A stretch of DNA of 63,271 nt, the filler included, from Globobulimina sp. (Eukaryota): NCBI GenBank assembly GCA_003354225.1. It is 20 parts of 20 records of this genome, joined end to end, with 100 filler letters (N's around TTAATTAATTAA, not from the genome) between each part and the next. Parts side by side here need not be neighbours in the genome. Positions count along the whole stretch, not along the records: positions 9,516 to 12,586 come from PIVH01003812.1; positions 12,687 to 15,757 come from PIVH01003813.1; positions 15,858 to 18,928 come from PIVH01003814.1; positions 19,029 to 22,098 come from PIVH01003815.1; positions 22,199 to 25,267 come from PIVH01003816.1; 15 more parts are not named here. One strand, given 5' to 3'. How positions within the stretch are numbered: position 1 is the stretch's first letter; the number at the start of each line of letters is the position of its first letter. Made by a program: the position numbers and the translations under genes. Shown piece after piece: positions 11,501 through 22,363 of the stretch. The notes under the pieces are model-generated. The model had not been told where the DNA came from, searched no databases, and saw only the letters and a list, made by a program, of their open reading frames with translations.

Positions 11501-12586
11501 ATGTTCGCTCGCGACGAAAATCAAATATGCTTAAAAAATCCAAACGAGTTTCAAATTGGAGTTAAAAACTATGCATGTTTTTATTTTTCATATATTATAT
11601 TAAATAATCAATATTTAACACGTACAGCACCCCGCCATTTATCACAATCCTCCTCCGATTCAGAATTATTATACATCCCACCCGGCACAGAAAGCCATTT
11701 ACAACAAGACAAACCCCATGAAAATAAATGCAAACTAAGTGGTAAAAAACGTAAAAGATCGTTGGAATACCATTCAGATTTCGATGATAGCACACAATAT
11801 CAACGTAATAACGAAAACAAAATCGAATCCGTAGATATTTCATATAAATTACCAGTCTCACAACGGCTTAATAGCAAGGCGTCAAATGCTGTATATAGCG
11901 TTGGACAAAGCGTATATTTAATATTCCAGGAATATTGCCAGAAATATAATGAATGCAAATCAATAATTGCCGCCATCAATGCGTTACTATGCATTAATGA
12001 TGACATTGAGTGTCTATTTGATATCTGCCAGAATACGGGCTCTGTGGATGGAGAAATCATATCGATACTAAAACCGTCGTTTGTCGAGTTAGGCGATGAT
12101 TGGTTGTTGAAAATGATTAAAGGAATGGATGTGAATGATGTCGATATCATTGAATGTCTTCGTAATTGGCGGATAATTGTGGTGCAAATTGCCGATACGA
12201 GACAGCAAGTCATCATCCATGAAATCAACGATAACGACGGTGTGTCACATTTAGCCAAATATTTTATATCGGATACGCAGTTTCTTCAAGGTTTTTTTTG
12301 GGTTTTTTAAATGTTTTCATTTTTTTTTTTTTTTGAGTGAAAACTTTTTGAGTTTGCATGATGTCACACTTTTATGTTGAAGGGATACAAAGCTTTAATC
12401 GAGGAGACATTGTTCGATTTGGTGAGGATAATAAATTAGGCAAAATACTTGAGATCTCGGCGTATGACATGTCAGCATATACAGTATCACCGTATAAATG
12501 CTTAGGTATTGTGGATCTAAATAATTATAATAAAATGAATATATTTGCCGATGGCGGATATTTTCGATGTAGTCCATGGGAAGATC
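11501..12586 (+). CDS. Uncharacterised protein, probably intron-containing and 3'-truncated
   Basis: 269-aa ORF with an NLS-like KKRKR, then a T-rich intron-like gap (~12291-12352), then a further ORF running into the spacer. Confidence 0.45.
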
Positions 12587-12762
12587 NNNNNNNNNNNNNN
12601 NNNNNNNNNNNNNNNNNNNNNNNNNNNNNNTTAATTAATTAANNNNNNNNNNNNNNNNNNNNNNNNNNNNNNNNNNNNNNNNNNNNTAGGTATGGAATAT
12701 GGTATAGCTGCATTATCACTAAGCAATTAAGTAGTAATTGGTGAGTAATAAATTGCTTAACA

Positions 12763-12846
12763 CTAAGCAACTAAGCAACTAAGCAACTAAGCATATTTAA
12801 CAATATCTATTATATTAGCAAAAAAGCAAACTAAGCAACTAAGCAA
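12763..12846 (+). repeat. CTAAGCAA octamer tandem repeats
   Basis: About 4 tandem copies at 12763-12793 and 2 at 12831-12846. Confidence 0.85.
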
Positions 12847-13461
12847 TAACGAGAATGGTGCATCTAACATAAATTATGTGTTGAATATAATAATGATGTT
12901 GTTTGGTATGTATACGTATCAAAAGAGATCGATGATAGATATGGCTGTATGAGAGGTAGTTTTCCTGTTATTAGAGAATCTGGATCGATACAAAAATATA
13001 TGTATCCAACATCGTATTCATCGGTAATTGCTGCTGTTTCCAGACAAATAGATGGGATGTATGGGTACCTGCTAGTCAAGTCATTGGGCAATGTAATACA
13101 GAAATGCAATGGTTCGTATACCAGTTAAGTTAATCTGGTGCATTTTAACAGGCAATGGCGATAAAATCGTAACATTTGTTTTAGCTTAGCAACGGTTTGT
13201 TAAAGCAAAGCAAAGCAAAGCATATTAAGATGTTTTTTGATTTGCTTGGTTTTGTTTGTATACACAGATCAATTAATTCCGCGCCAATGGATAATAACAA
13301 TTGTAATGGGTCAATTGCAATGATAACAATAAAAATCATTGTCTTTTTCGATCCTATCAAAACATTTAATATAACAATAACAATTTAATTGTAATGAGTC
13401 AATCAATGCATGTGTGTCATATATATATATATATTTAATTAATTACAATTAAATATATTTG

Positions 13462-15756
13462 TTAAGAAAAGAAAAACTCGGAATCTTTGACTTGTTGGAG
13501 ATCAAACGTAGATTGGTTTGGTGGCGGTGCAAATTCAATGTCCGGATACAAAACGCAAAAAGATTTATATAACTCCGATAGCAATGAGACGGAATGCAAT
13601 TTAATAAATTGCTCCCTCAACACCACCGACATAGTGTCCACGTCGCACGAATGCGTCCAAAAACTATCATGAATCGATGCAAATGTTAAGCCATAACTCA
13701 TAAAACATTCCCTCGCTGTCAGCAGACAATGCGTCGAATCCAACGAATGCACAAAGTTGGGCGGGAATGCCGACGACTGCTTCAACACATTAATATCTTT
13801 GACATTCTTTATTTTGCACTTTTGCTGATTGAGATTTTGGATTTGAATGGTTTGCTTGCCCGCTTTTATCAAATTCACATTGCTTTTCTTATTGCAGTAA
13901 TGCTGCGTACACGGCAGGTTCAGGAAAGGCGTCATCCACGACACGCGATATCCATTCTTAGCAATCAGAGAGGCGCAGTTCTTGAGCCATAGCATGGATA
14001 AATAAGCGGGCGTATTGGTCAAACCAATGCCGTACATCGTGTACTTACTTAAATAGATCGACACTTCCAACACCAATTTGTGCGTTTCTTTGCTGTGAAT
14101 GTCGCCGTAATCGCCGCCACCATCACTTAGACGCAAGTCACCGCCGTCAATGGCATCCAAAATCCACCGCATTATCTGCGCCTTGGCGCCATACGACGTC
14201 ACGCCATACACCGACGTCATCACAGTTTGTTTCACAATTTTGCGCGTTATTTTGTTGGCAATCAAGTTGGACAACTTTTTCTTTTGCGCATTGCCCGAAT
14301 TCAAATCATTGACAACCATTTCATTCACACATTTCTGCACCGCGCCATACACATCGCCGCGGCCCAAATTATAAAACTTGTTATTCGCCACATTCACGTG
14401 TTTGGCCATGGTCTCATCCAAAAGCATGGCGGCGTAGTGCTGCAAACCATTGCAAGAGCCGTCCTGTCCGACGGGTAAATTCGACGCGAACTCAGAATAA
14501 ACAGCGTCGGGGCAGGAATTGTACGCATTGCTGATCTCGAATATGATGCTCAATGCTTGAAAGGGCGAATCTGCAGTCAACCACCATCTGTCCGCCAATG
14601 CGTCCCTGCCGCAAGAAAGGATTTCATTTTTACGCGCGATGGACCACTCAAACCGGTCCTCATTGGGAACTTTGTCGAACCCGAACTTGTTCGCTAAGTT
14701 TACATTCAACCAAAACCAGCCTCGAGTTCCCAGCTTCTTCTTCTTTGAAAACAACATCATTCCGCGAACAATGTCGGAACCGATATGATTGACATGCGGC
14801 GAAATGGGATAGATTCGACCGCGGAAATCAATGTTTAAAGGAAAATAGATTTCAGTTTCGGTTTCTAACTGTTTGGCGAGCTGCAACTTCAAATTCAAAT
14901 CGCATCGCAAAGAGTGCAGCTCGCGGTTCTTTTTCTCGATTGATTTGATTTTGTAGTCGTCGTCTTTGTCGCTATCAACTTCGTAGTCCACTTTATTGGG
15001 CAAACCCGCAATGTTTCCATTTTGAGTGTGGTATAAATACGTTATGACCTCCAATATTTTCGCATTGATTCGCCAAGACGTCGATTGTAAGATATTTATG
15101 CATTGCAACAGCTCTTTGGTGTTGTTGTGGGAGATTTGTTTGTATTGATGGTTGTAGTCAGTGTATCGCATTAAAGACTCGTTGTAGTAAAAGAAGGGGC
15201 CTTCGTTGATGTTTTTCCATGGCCGCGGCGGGATTATCATAGGCTGGGCGATGGGTGACAGTTTCTGCGGTGATTTGTAACTCGCACTGCCGACTAACAA
15301 CTGTTTGAATATTTTATTACATAAAATCACGCCAATTTGCTTGTTACTGCGCTGTATTATTTTATGAGTCAATGCAGGTTCGCCATTTGCGCCAATTACG
15401 CACGAATCGATGATGGAGGATAGGATTAGACCGCCAATCTCGTAGATGTTACTGATATCGAATGAGTCTCCGATTTTGATCCCTAAATGTTTGGCTAAAT
15501 GTAGTTTGTTTTTGTGATTGGTGGCATTATTTAAGAATTTCTGCGTCTGTGGAGAGGATAATTTATTTTCTAAAAATAAGTCTCGTTCGATTTCTTTGCC
15601 AATGGCATTGCATAAAATATTATATGGCGTTCCCTCGCTGTCTTCGTCTTCGTTTTTATTTATAAAATCTACCAACGTTTGAATGCCAATGGAAGCACTG
15701 TTGGCACTGTCGATGATTGCTAATATTTTCGAGGATAATCGATGTTTGCCAATGGC
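13462..15756 (-). CDS. POLRMT: T3/T7-type single-subunit RNA polymerase, most likely the nuclear-encoded mitochondrial RNAP (5'-truncated)
   Basis: PMIIPPRPW, DFRGRIYP, QDGSCNGLQHYAA (motif A), RKIVKQTVMTSVYG (motif B), PPNFVHSLD, IHDSFWTH (motif C), C-terminal FFS. Confidence 0.95.
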   Translation of the reverse strand, partial: AIGKHRLSSKILAIIDSANSASIGIQTLVDFINKNEDEDSEGTPYNILCNAIGKEIERDLFLENKLSSPQTQKFLNNATNHKNKLHLAKHLGIKIGDSFDISNIYEIGGLILSSIIDSCVIGANGEPALTHKIIQRSNKQIGVILCNKIFKQLLVGSASYKSPQKLSPIAQPMIIPPRPWKNINEGPFFYYNESLMRYTDYNHQYKQISHNNTKELLQCINILQSTSWRINAKILEVITYLYHTQNGNIAGLPNKVDYEVDSDKDDDYKIKSIEKKNRELHSLRCDLNLKLQLAKQLETETEIYFPLNIDFRGRIYPISPHVNHIGSDIVRGMMLFSKKKKLGTRGWFWLNVNLANKFGFDKVPNEDRFEWSIARKNEILSCGRDALADRWWLTADSPFQALSIIFEISNAYNSCPDAVYSEFASNLPVGQDGSCNGLQHYAAMLLDETMAKHVNVANNKFYNLGRGDVYGAVQKCVNEMVVNDLNSGNAQKKKLSNLIANKITRKIVKQTVMTSVYGVTSYGAKAQIMRWILDAIDGGDLRLSDGGGDYGDIHSKETHKLVLEVSIYLSKYTMYGIGLTNTPAYLSMLWLKNCASLIAKNGYRVSWMTPFLNLPCTQHYCNKKSNVNLIKAGKQTIQIQNLNQQKCKIKNVKDINVLKQSSAFPPNFVHSLDSTHCLLTARECFMSYGLTFASIHDSFWTHSCDVDTMSVVLREQFIKLHSVSLLSELYKSFCVLYPDIEFAPPPNQSTFDLQQVKDSEFFFS

Positions 15757-16158
15757 TNNNNNNNNNNNNNNNNNNNNNNNNNNNNNNNNNNNNNNNNNNN
15801 NTTAATTAATTAANNNNNNNNNNNNNNNNNNNNNNNNNNNNNNNNNNNNNNNNNNNNTTTCTGCCAATGATTGGGTGTTGAAATTTGTGTATCGAACAGC
15901 TGCAGCAACCACGTCTGTGGCTGGCTTAATGCCAATTCAATGCGATGGAGTTGAAAATGTCAATTTAAGTCATTGTATTGATGGACATTCTCAATATTCA
16001 AACAAAGTCCCCAACATTCTAAAATATTTAATCGATGATTGCCATTTGTATTTGTAAATTGAAAAATATTCGCCCTTGCTTTGGAAATATTTTTGCCGTG
16101 AACACATTATTTAATTATATTATACTAAAACTGAACTAGTATTAAAAGATCGAAAATA

Positions 16159-18273
16159 TTAACAAGTTACAACAAGGTTAGATGGTAATAGTCGAACATA
16201 AACTGGTTTTAATGGTTTTCGTTCTCCATCAACGTCGATAGGAGGTCCTTTTATCAATGGCTCAATTACAACTTGTTCCACATCATAATATTTAACATAT
16301 TCTAAATCCAAATGTTTTCCACTCTCTAATGCGAATAAAGCAGACGCATAATTTATTCTTCCCGTATGTTCACTCCATACTAATCGCAATGCATTTGTTT
16401 TTGCATTAAAACCATCGATATTACCACCCATTATCGCCCCTTCTCCAATGCATTTCAAATTAGTTACACATAATAAACAAAATTCAGCTTCAATGCATAT
16501 CCAATCATTTGGATATTGAGGTTTCTCTTCTTTCTCTTCTTCCTCTTCTTCATCTTCTTCGTCTTGGTTTTTTGCATTATTTAATGGTATTTCCTCATGC
16601 TCCACGTTATTATTATTATTATCATAATCATTTATCGCTTGGTCAAGATATAAGTTTGGTAATTTCTGCCACCAATCCTCATCATTATTTGCTATTCGAT
16701 TGCGATCACTTTCAATCGATATCGGCTCAATTGGTTTAAAATAAACTCTTGCTCTGTAATGTGTATTCCATGCAACTTCGGAGAGACCTTTTAAGGCAAA
16801 ACGTAATGAACCAATCCATCGATACGACTCTGATTCTAAATCAATGGATGACATTGTTCCCCATTGTGTGGATACAAATGAATACGTATCTTTCTCATTA
16901 AATTGAGATGCTAAGTACGCATCGATACAGGTTTCAAAACCATCCAATAATTTGCTTAATGCCGTCAATATATTTTCCATATTTAATTCCATGGCTAATC
17001 CATTGCCACTGCCTGCTGCTATGGGTGTTATGCATTTATTTTTTAAATTAATTATATTAAAATTATTATTTTCATATAAACCATTTAGTACTTCAACAAT
17101 TGTGCCATCGCCGCCTATACACACAATCCCGTCATAACTGTTATAATCGGATAATGATAGCTGAGCGCAGGCTTTTTGTGCTTCAAATTGTTGTTTTGTG
17201 ATTAATGTGCAATATTCAATCACATCGGCATTAAAATCTAAAAATTTTGAAACTAATTCTTGCCAAATCCTTTCACCGCATCCTTGTCCGGCAAATGGAT
17301 TCACGATTATCCATAATTTACGTTTTTTTTGTAATATGTTACACCTATATTGAGCTGGTAAAATATTAATATTCATATTCATATTCATATCGTCATTGTC
17401 GACGTCTTTACTGTCATTATCATCGATATCATATTGCTTTAAGAATGAATCATAGATATTATTATCATTAATATTGGTGTTTTTTGAAAGTGCTAATGGT
17501 GTGATGCCATATTCATCTCTTTCTGTTAACAATTTAATAATTAATTCTCTGTTGTTGTTGTCGCCACTATTTTGTAATATAAATTGCAATGATTTTATTG
17601 AGTTTTGTGAAATAATATAATGGAATATATTTGATTTGTTTTCATCCATAAATTGAATCAATTGGTTTTTATTATATTTATATAATTGCGATAACATTTC
17701 AATATCATTATTTGTGATATATTTATAAAGAGAATTACTTGTATTGATTTGAAAAAAGTTTAAATATAAATCTTGTATTTTTTGTGTTGATTTTGTCACA
17801 TATTTTGTTACCTCATTGACATAAACATTTAATAAACGTATTCTTTGAGACACAAAATCTTTTTGCAATTTATTACGTTGCCACTGTTTTTTTGGTGGTA
17901 ATTTTGGAAGAAATAAGGTTTGTTTTAATTGATTTTTAAATTTGCATAGCCTGTTATGAAAATATTGTAATTTTTGATTAAATTTAAATATATCACTATA
18001 TCTTTTATATAAATTAAGCGATGTTTTACTTTCTGTACCAATATAAATTGATACTCGATATAATACAAACTCATCTTTTTTATATTTAAGTGATAAATAA
18101 TTTTCTTCGTCAAATGTAATCGTAATTAAAGAACTGACGGTCATTTCACGAATCTCTGTTTCCTCTTTATTCACATCATCATCATCTTTATCATCTTCTT
18201 TTTCAGACTCAACAATAGCAACACCATTACCAATAACTTCGTTTTGTTCTGGAGTCGTTTCTGCGTTTGCCAT
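16159..18273 (-). CDS. Sphingosine-kinase-family (DAGKc) lipid kinase with N-terminal PX domain and ankyrin repeats
   Basis: PX: KRYSD..LPKLPPK..QRIRLLNVY. Ankyrin: NIFHY, GITPLAL. Kinase: IVNPFAGQG, IGGDGTIVEVLNG, AGSGNGLA, DLESESYRWIGSLRF, DVDGE. Confidence 0.9.
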   Translation of the reverse strand: MANAETTPEQNEVIGNGVAIVESEKEDDKDDDDVNKEETEIREMTVSSLITITFDEENYLSLKYKKDEFVLYRVSIYIGTESKTSLNLYKRYSDIFKFNQKLQYFHNRLCKFKNQLKQTLFLPKLPPKKQWQRNKLQKDFVSQRIRLLNVYVNEVTKYVTKSTQKIQDLYLNFFQINTSNSLYKYITNNDIEMLSQLYKYNKNQLIQFMDENKSNIFHYIISQNSIKSLQFILQNSGDNNNRELIIKLLTERDEYGITPLALSKNTNINDNNIYDSFLKQYDIDDNDSKDVDNDDMNMNMNINILPAQYRCNILQKKRKLWIIVNPFAGQGCGERIWQELVSKFLDFNADVIEYCTLITKQQFEAQKACAQLSLSDYNSYDGIVCIGGDGTIVEVLNGLYENNNFNIINLKNKCITPIAAGSGNGLAMELNMENILTALSKLLDGFETCIDAYLASQFNEKDTYSFVSTQWGTMSSIDLESESYRWIGSLRFALKGLSEVAWNTHYRARVYFKPIEPISIESDRNRIANNDEDWWQKLPNLYLDQAINDYDNNNNNVEHEEIPLNNAKNQDEEDEEEEEEKEEKPQYPNDWICIEAEFCLLCVTNLKCIGEGAIMGGNIDGFNAKTNALRLVWSEHTGRINYASALFALESGKHLDLEYVKYYDVEQVVIEPLIKGPPIDVDGERKPLKPVYVRLLPSNLVVTC

Positions 18274-18330
18274 GTTCTGAAAACATTAATTTACTGGGTC
18301 ACAATTGAGTAAAGTCAACTAACTTCGAAG

Positions 18331-18450
18331 CTTTAAACGATATATTCCAAAAGATAACCCACCTGTTTGGATAAACCCCCTTTGTATACATTTGGTTCAA
18401 TTATAAATTTGTTCTGACTTTGTTCTGGATTTGCAAACCCAAGACAAAGT
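18331..18450. repeat. Dispersed repeat, copy 1 (copy 2 at 49614-49720 on another contig)
   Basis: 47-bp exact core TTCAATTATAAATTTGTTCTGACTTTGTTCTGGATTTGCAAACCCAA at 18396-18442 and 49662-49708, plus shared flanks (CCAAAAGATAACC, TTTGTATAC, AAGACAAAGT). Confidence 0.9.
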
Positions 18451-19031
18451 GGCTCTTTTCGTACAAATGTTACCTTTTTGAATTGAACTCTGTTTGTTTG
18501 CTTGCTTTGATTTATAACTACTTAAAAATATATAATGTTTCTCTTGTACATCGACACAATTTATCAATAACTAAATCAATGGGACAGAACTTATTATGAG
18601 GCTCAAAATGATATACCGCGCAGAATGATAAAAATAACGAGAAATATTTTATCTGTATTGGGTGGTGATAATATTGTTGAATTATTTTCGAGTGTGTTAA
18701 CAGAATGAGATAATAAATATGAATTATGAAATCAATCAAAAATATGTTTGAGAGCGTAAAGAATTATAACTCCAATATTAAACAAATCAAAAATATTATT
18801 ACATTTTCAGTTTTTATAACAACAAGTTGTTTTTTTTTGTATATGAAATTTCAAATATAACTTTTTTTGTTATTTTTTTTGTCATCCATAAAAATCATCA
18901 ACGCCTTAATTTTTGCATGCATGACTGCNNNNNNNNNNNNNNNNNNNNNNNNNNNNNNNNNNNNNNNNNNNNTTAATTAATTAANNNNNNNNNNNNNNNN
19001 NNNNNNNNNNNNNNNNNNNNNNNNNNNNATT

Positions 19032-19529
19032 TTGATAGAGATGGAAGCCATTACTAAAGGAATTCATCTGTTTAGAATATCAGTATACAATCCGGGACAT
19101 ACAGACCAAATATTTTGGGGAATATCAAATCCGATCAAGTTCAAGGACTCAACTTATAATTGTAAAACTGTTTGGGGGCAAATTTCAAATGGATGGTCCC
19201 GGAGAGATGGGTCATACATCGGTGTTGATGGATTTGTTGTTGATAGGAACACTGAAAATTATCAAATTGATATGTTATTTAATTGCGATGATGGAACTTT
19301 AGAGATGGGAATTATTAATAAGTCAGCAATTGATTCAGCAACGGAAGTAATTGAAAATAAATTAAAAGGAATACCAAAGAATGCTGAGCTTGGCTGGGTT
19401 CCTCATATTATCATAAATGAACCAGGCACTTCTGTACAAGTGGCACGCATTGAACAATATTTGTTTATGAAGCATGATGTACAAATAGATAAACTCTTTC
19501 ATTGTGTTGATGATGCTCAGACAGAATAG
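19032..19529 (+). CDS. SPRY/B30.2-like domain protein, C-terminal part (5'-truncated)
   Basis: KGIHLFRI..IFWGI..IDMLFNCDDGTLEM..GWVPHI beta-sandwich pattern. Confidence 0.65.
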   Translation: MIEMEAITKGIHLFRISVYNPGHTDQIFWGISNPIKFKDSTYNCKTVWGQISNGWSRRDGSYIGVDGFVVDRNTENYQIDMLFNCDDGTLEMGIINKSAIDSATEVIENKLKGIPKNAELGWVPHIIINEPGTSVQVARIEQYLFMKHDVQIDKLFHCVDDAQTE

Positions 19530-19748
19530 GCATAATATACTTTTTTTGCTAGCTAGCTATTCGTGGTACCTTTTGGAAACACCGCGTGTTTGAACAATTT
19601 GAAATCCTATGGGGACTATACAATTTCAAAAGAAAAGTGCTTCAAACAGGTGCTATTCTAAGGTATATATGTGATCTGAGGTGCAAAAAAAAAGATGCAT
19701 TTAAACAAATATTACCATGCAGCAAATTATTATAAAACACATTTTTTT

Positions 19749-21962
19749 TCAATGTTCTAATGTAGCACTGGCACATTTATAGCTAATTAATTGTGCAGAA
19801 CGACCCGCAGCATTTTCCTTTAAAAAACAAAGACCAACTGCCATTTTAAATGTTTTTGCTAAATCAATTCTATCCACATTTATTTTTTGATAAATACCAT
19901 TTTTATAAAAGCGTAATGTTCTTTCATTTGCATCCAAAACCATTGTAATTACATCATTTGTACCGTATCTTTCTCCGTATGGCATATAATTTTTATCCAT
20001 ATTATATTTGCCACCCGTAAATGCATAGGAATAATGGCTACGAGTTTCTGATGGCGCAAGAAAGCCAGAATCAAGCATTTTGCAGTCACTCTCATCAATC
20101 CCAAATGAAATCTGTCCGACACTCAAAACTTTAAAAGTCCATTCATGAATATCTGTATTTCTTGGTCCAATATTGATTTGTCCATACACTGTGCGGTCCA
20201 CATCGGCCTTTGTCAATTTAATCAAAGTGTTTTCATTTTGTAATTCAAAATCATTTTTATTGTAAGTCTCAAATTGTTCAATTATCCACGGATAAAAGGC
20301 ATAAATCATAGAACTGATTGTTTCTGGCACAATATGCCATTTAATCGATTTTAATGTTTTGACAAAGCCAGAAATTAAACATTCTTTTTTATATTCACTC
20401 ATCATTTCGTTCATTACATTGTAAGTAACACTGTTTGAATCATAATCGTCTTTTATAGCAGGAACATCATATTCTACCTCAAGTCCAGGAGGACCAGCAT
20501 ATATTTCATTATCTTCGCGATTATAAATATCAGTGGCGAGATATCGTGATAAATACTTTAATATTATCTCCATGATCGGAATGCGAAGCTGATTATACAA
20601 TTTCTCATAATTCGTGCGAACAAACCACCGCACCGCAAGCCATTCCTGATTATAACATTTCGTTCTCAATTCATAAAGATCGAGACAAGCGGAACTGGGA
20701 TGTTTCTGTGCCAGTAATGGCAGAAATAAATCTGTCCGTTGCCAAAAATAATGAACGTAATCAGCAGCTAAATTGCGTAAAACATTCGGCCAAAAACTCC
20801 AAACTGATTCATCAATGTCATAATTTATATTCGACACAATATTTTCAATTAAATTAAAATCATCATTCATTGTTTTAAAATATCTGCCAAAATAATCGAA
20901 TATGGCTGCCTTTTCTTTCGAATTCCAACCAACAAATACAGAAAATATTTCGTTTGCAACACACGCAAAATGCCATTCTTCCTCTTCCCATTCAGCTCTC
21001 GTTGCGGGGAACACAGTGACACCATACATAACTTTCTCAGCACTAATTTTCAGAAACACATTGGACAAAAAAAATAACTCATCTCTCAATTCTAAGGGAA
21101 TAGCTGCAAAATGATGGAATTGCACTGAATGTAATAAACCGAAACAAATTTTAGCGCTTTCAAATGATTCTTCAATGTTACAATCCATTTCATTGAATAT
21201 GCTTTTGTTGAGATTTACGTTCGAGTTCGAATCAAATAACGTCAATTATTGATAATTTCTGACATATAATTTCAATAAGAATGCCATAGTACTTTTCATG
21301 ATTTGCATCGCCAATGGCGTATCATTTAGATTTTTCATGATTGGATCCAAAATGCGGAACAATGAGAGTGCTTCAAATGAACTAATATTCGAATCATCAA
21401 TTTTTAATGTTTCTGGATAAATAACTTTAGCAATCTGCAATGAATGCACTTTAAATCGATCGGGTTTCCAGGCAGCAATCATTGATAATATTTTTAATTT
21501 GCCCTCTTTTGACGAATTGAAGTCTGTTAAACCTGGTACCAATTCATCCCACTCTTCAAAGGTCGAAACAATGGCAATGATATGCGCCAATATAAGGATT
21601 TTCCGGTCTGAGCCTTCCAACTCATTCACTCCAACCAATAATTTCCGTTTTAAGTCCTTTTTAATTTGAGTTTGCAAATCCAACCATAAATCAGGTGAAC
21701 CTCGAAATTCATGAAATAGCATTGTTTCTAAATCGGTTTCAGCCTCACTCACAGCGCTTTTATCCAACATAATATCAATTACTGCAATTACAAACTTGTC
21801 CGGATACTCAGATACAAATTCATTAAAATTCTCTTCACTGCTTTTAAATAACTTTACTAATTCGGATCTGTCATTGTTATATGTTGATTTTGGAATATAT
21901 TGTTGTTGTTGTTGTTTGTTTTTTTCTTGTTCTGGCATGGTTTTATTAGTTTTATTTCCCAT
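19749..21962 (-). CDS. Helical N-terminal region plus C-terminal SPRY/B30.2 domain; interrupted by an in-frame TAA at 21246-21248
   Basis: Two abutting ORFs in the same frame. SPRY motifs IHEWTFKV..ISFGID..YGERYGTNDVITMVLDANERTLRFYKNG..FKMAV. Confidence 0.65.
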
Positions 21963-22363
21963 TTTACGGATTTATATACCTTGATATAATATAATTGTTG
22001 TTTTAAATTACTTTAATTAAACAATATGATGTTTCAAAGCACTTTTGACGAATTTATATGTGGTTGAATATTCAATTAGTACAAAAGTGTGGAACAATNN
22101 NNNNNNNNNNNNNNNNNNNNNNNNNNNNNNNNNNNNNNNNNNTTAATTAATTAANNNNNNNNNNNNNNNNNNNNNNNNNNNNNNNNNNNNNNNNNNNNCA
22201 GTAGAAAAACGTCATTATTTGGTATTTAACAGTTTTGCAATTGATTGGTATACTTATACAATAAAAAGCACAATAATCACTTATCCATCTAGATAACACC
22301 AATAAAATATTCCCTATATCAATACAGTATTTATTTCTCAGTCCCCAATAAGAAACAATAGCA

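Noticed and set aside
12763-12846. CTAAGCAA repeats as a telomere
   Set aside because: Only ~6 copies, internal to the contig and not G-rich; more likely a minisatellite.
21246-21248. Alternative genetic code (TAA read as an amino acid)
   Set aside because: Conserved genes end at TAA exactly where expected (e.g. RNAP ...FFS-TAA), and long ORFs are otherwise free of in-frame stops.
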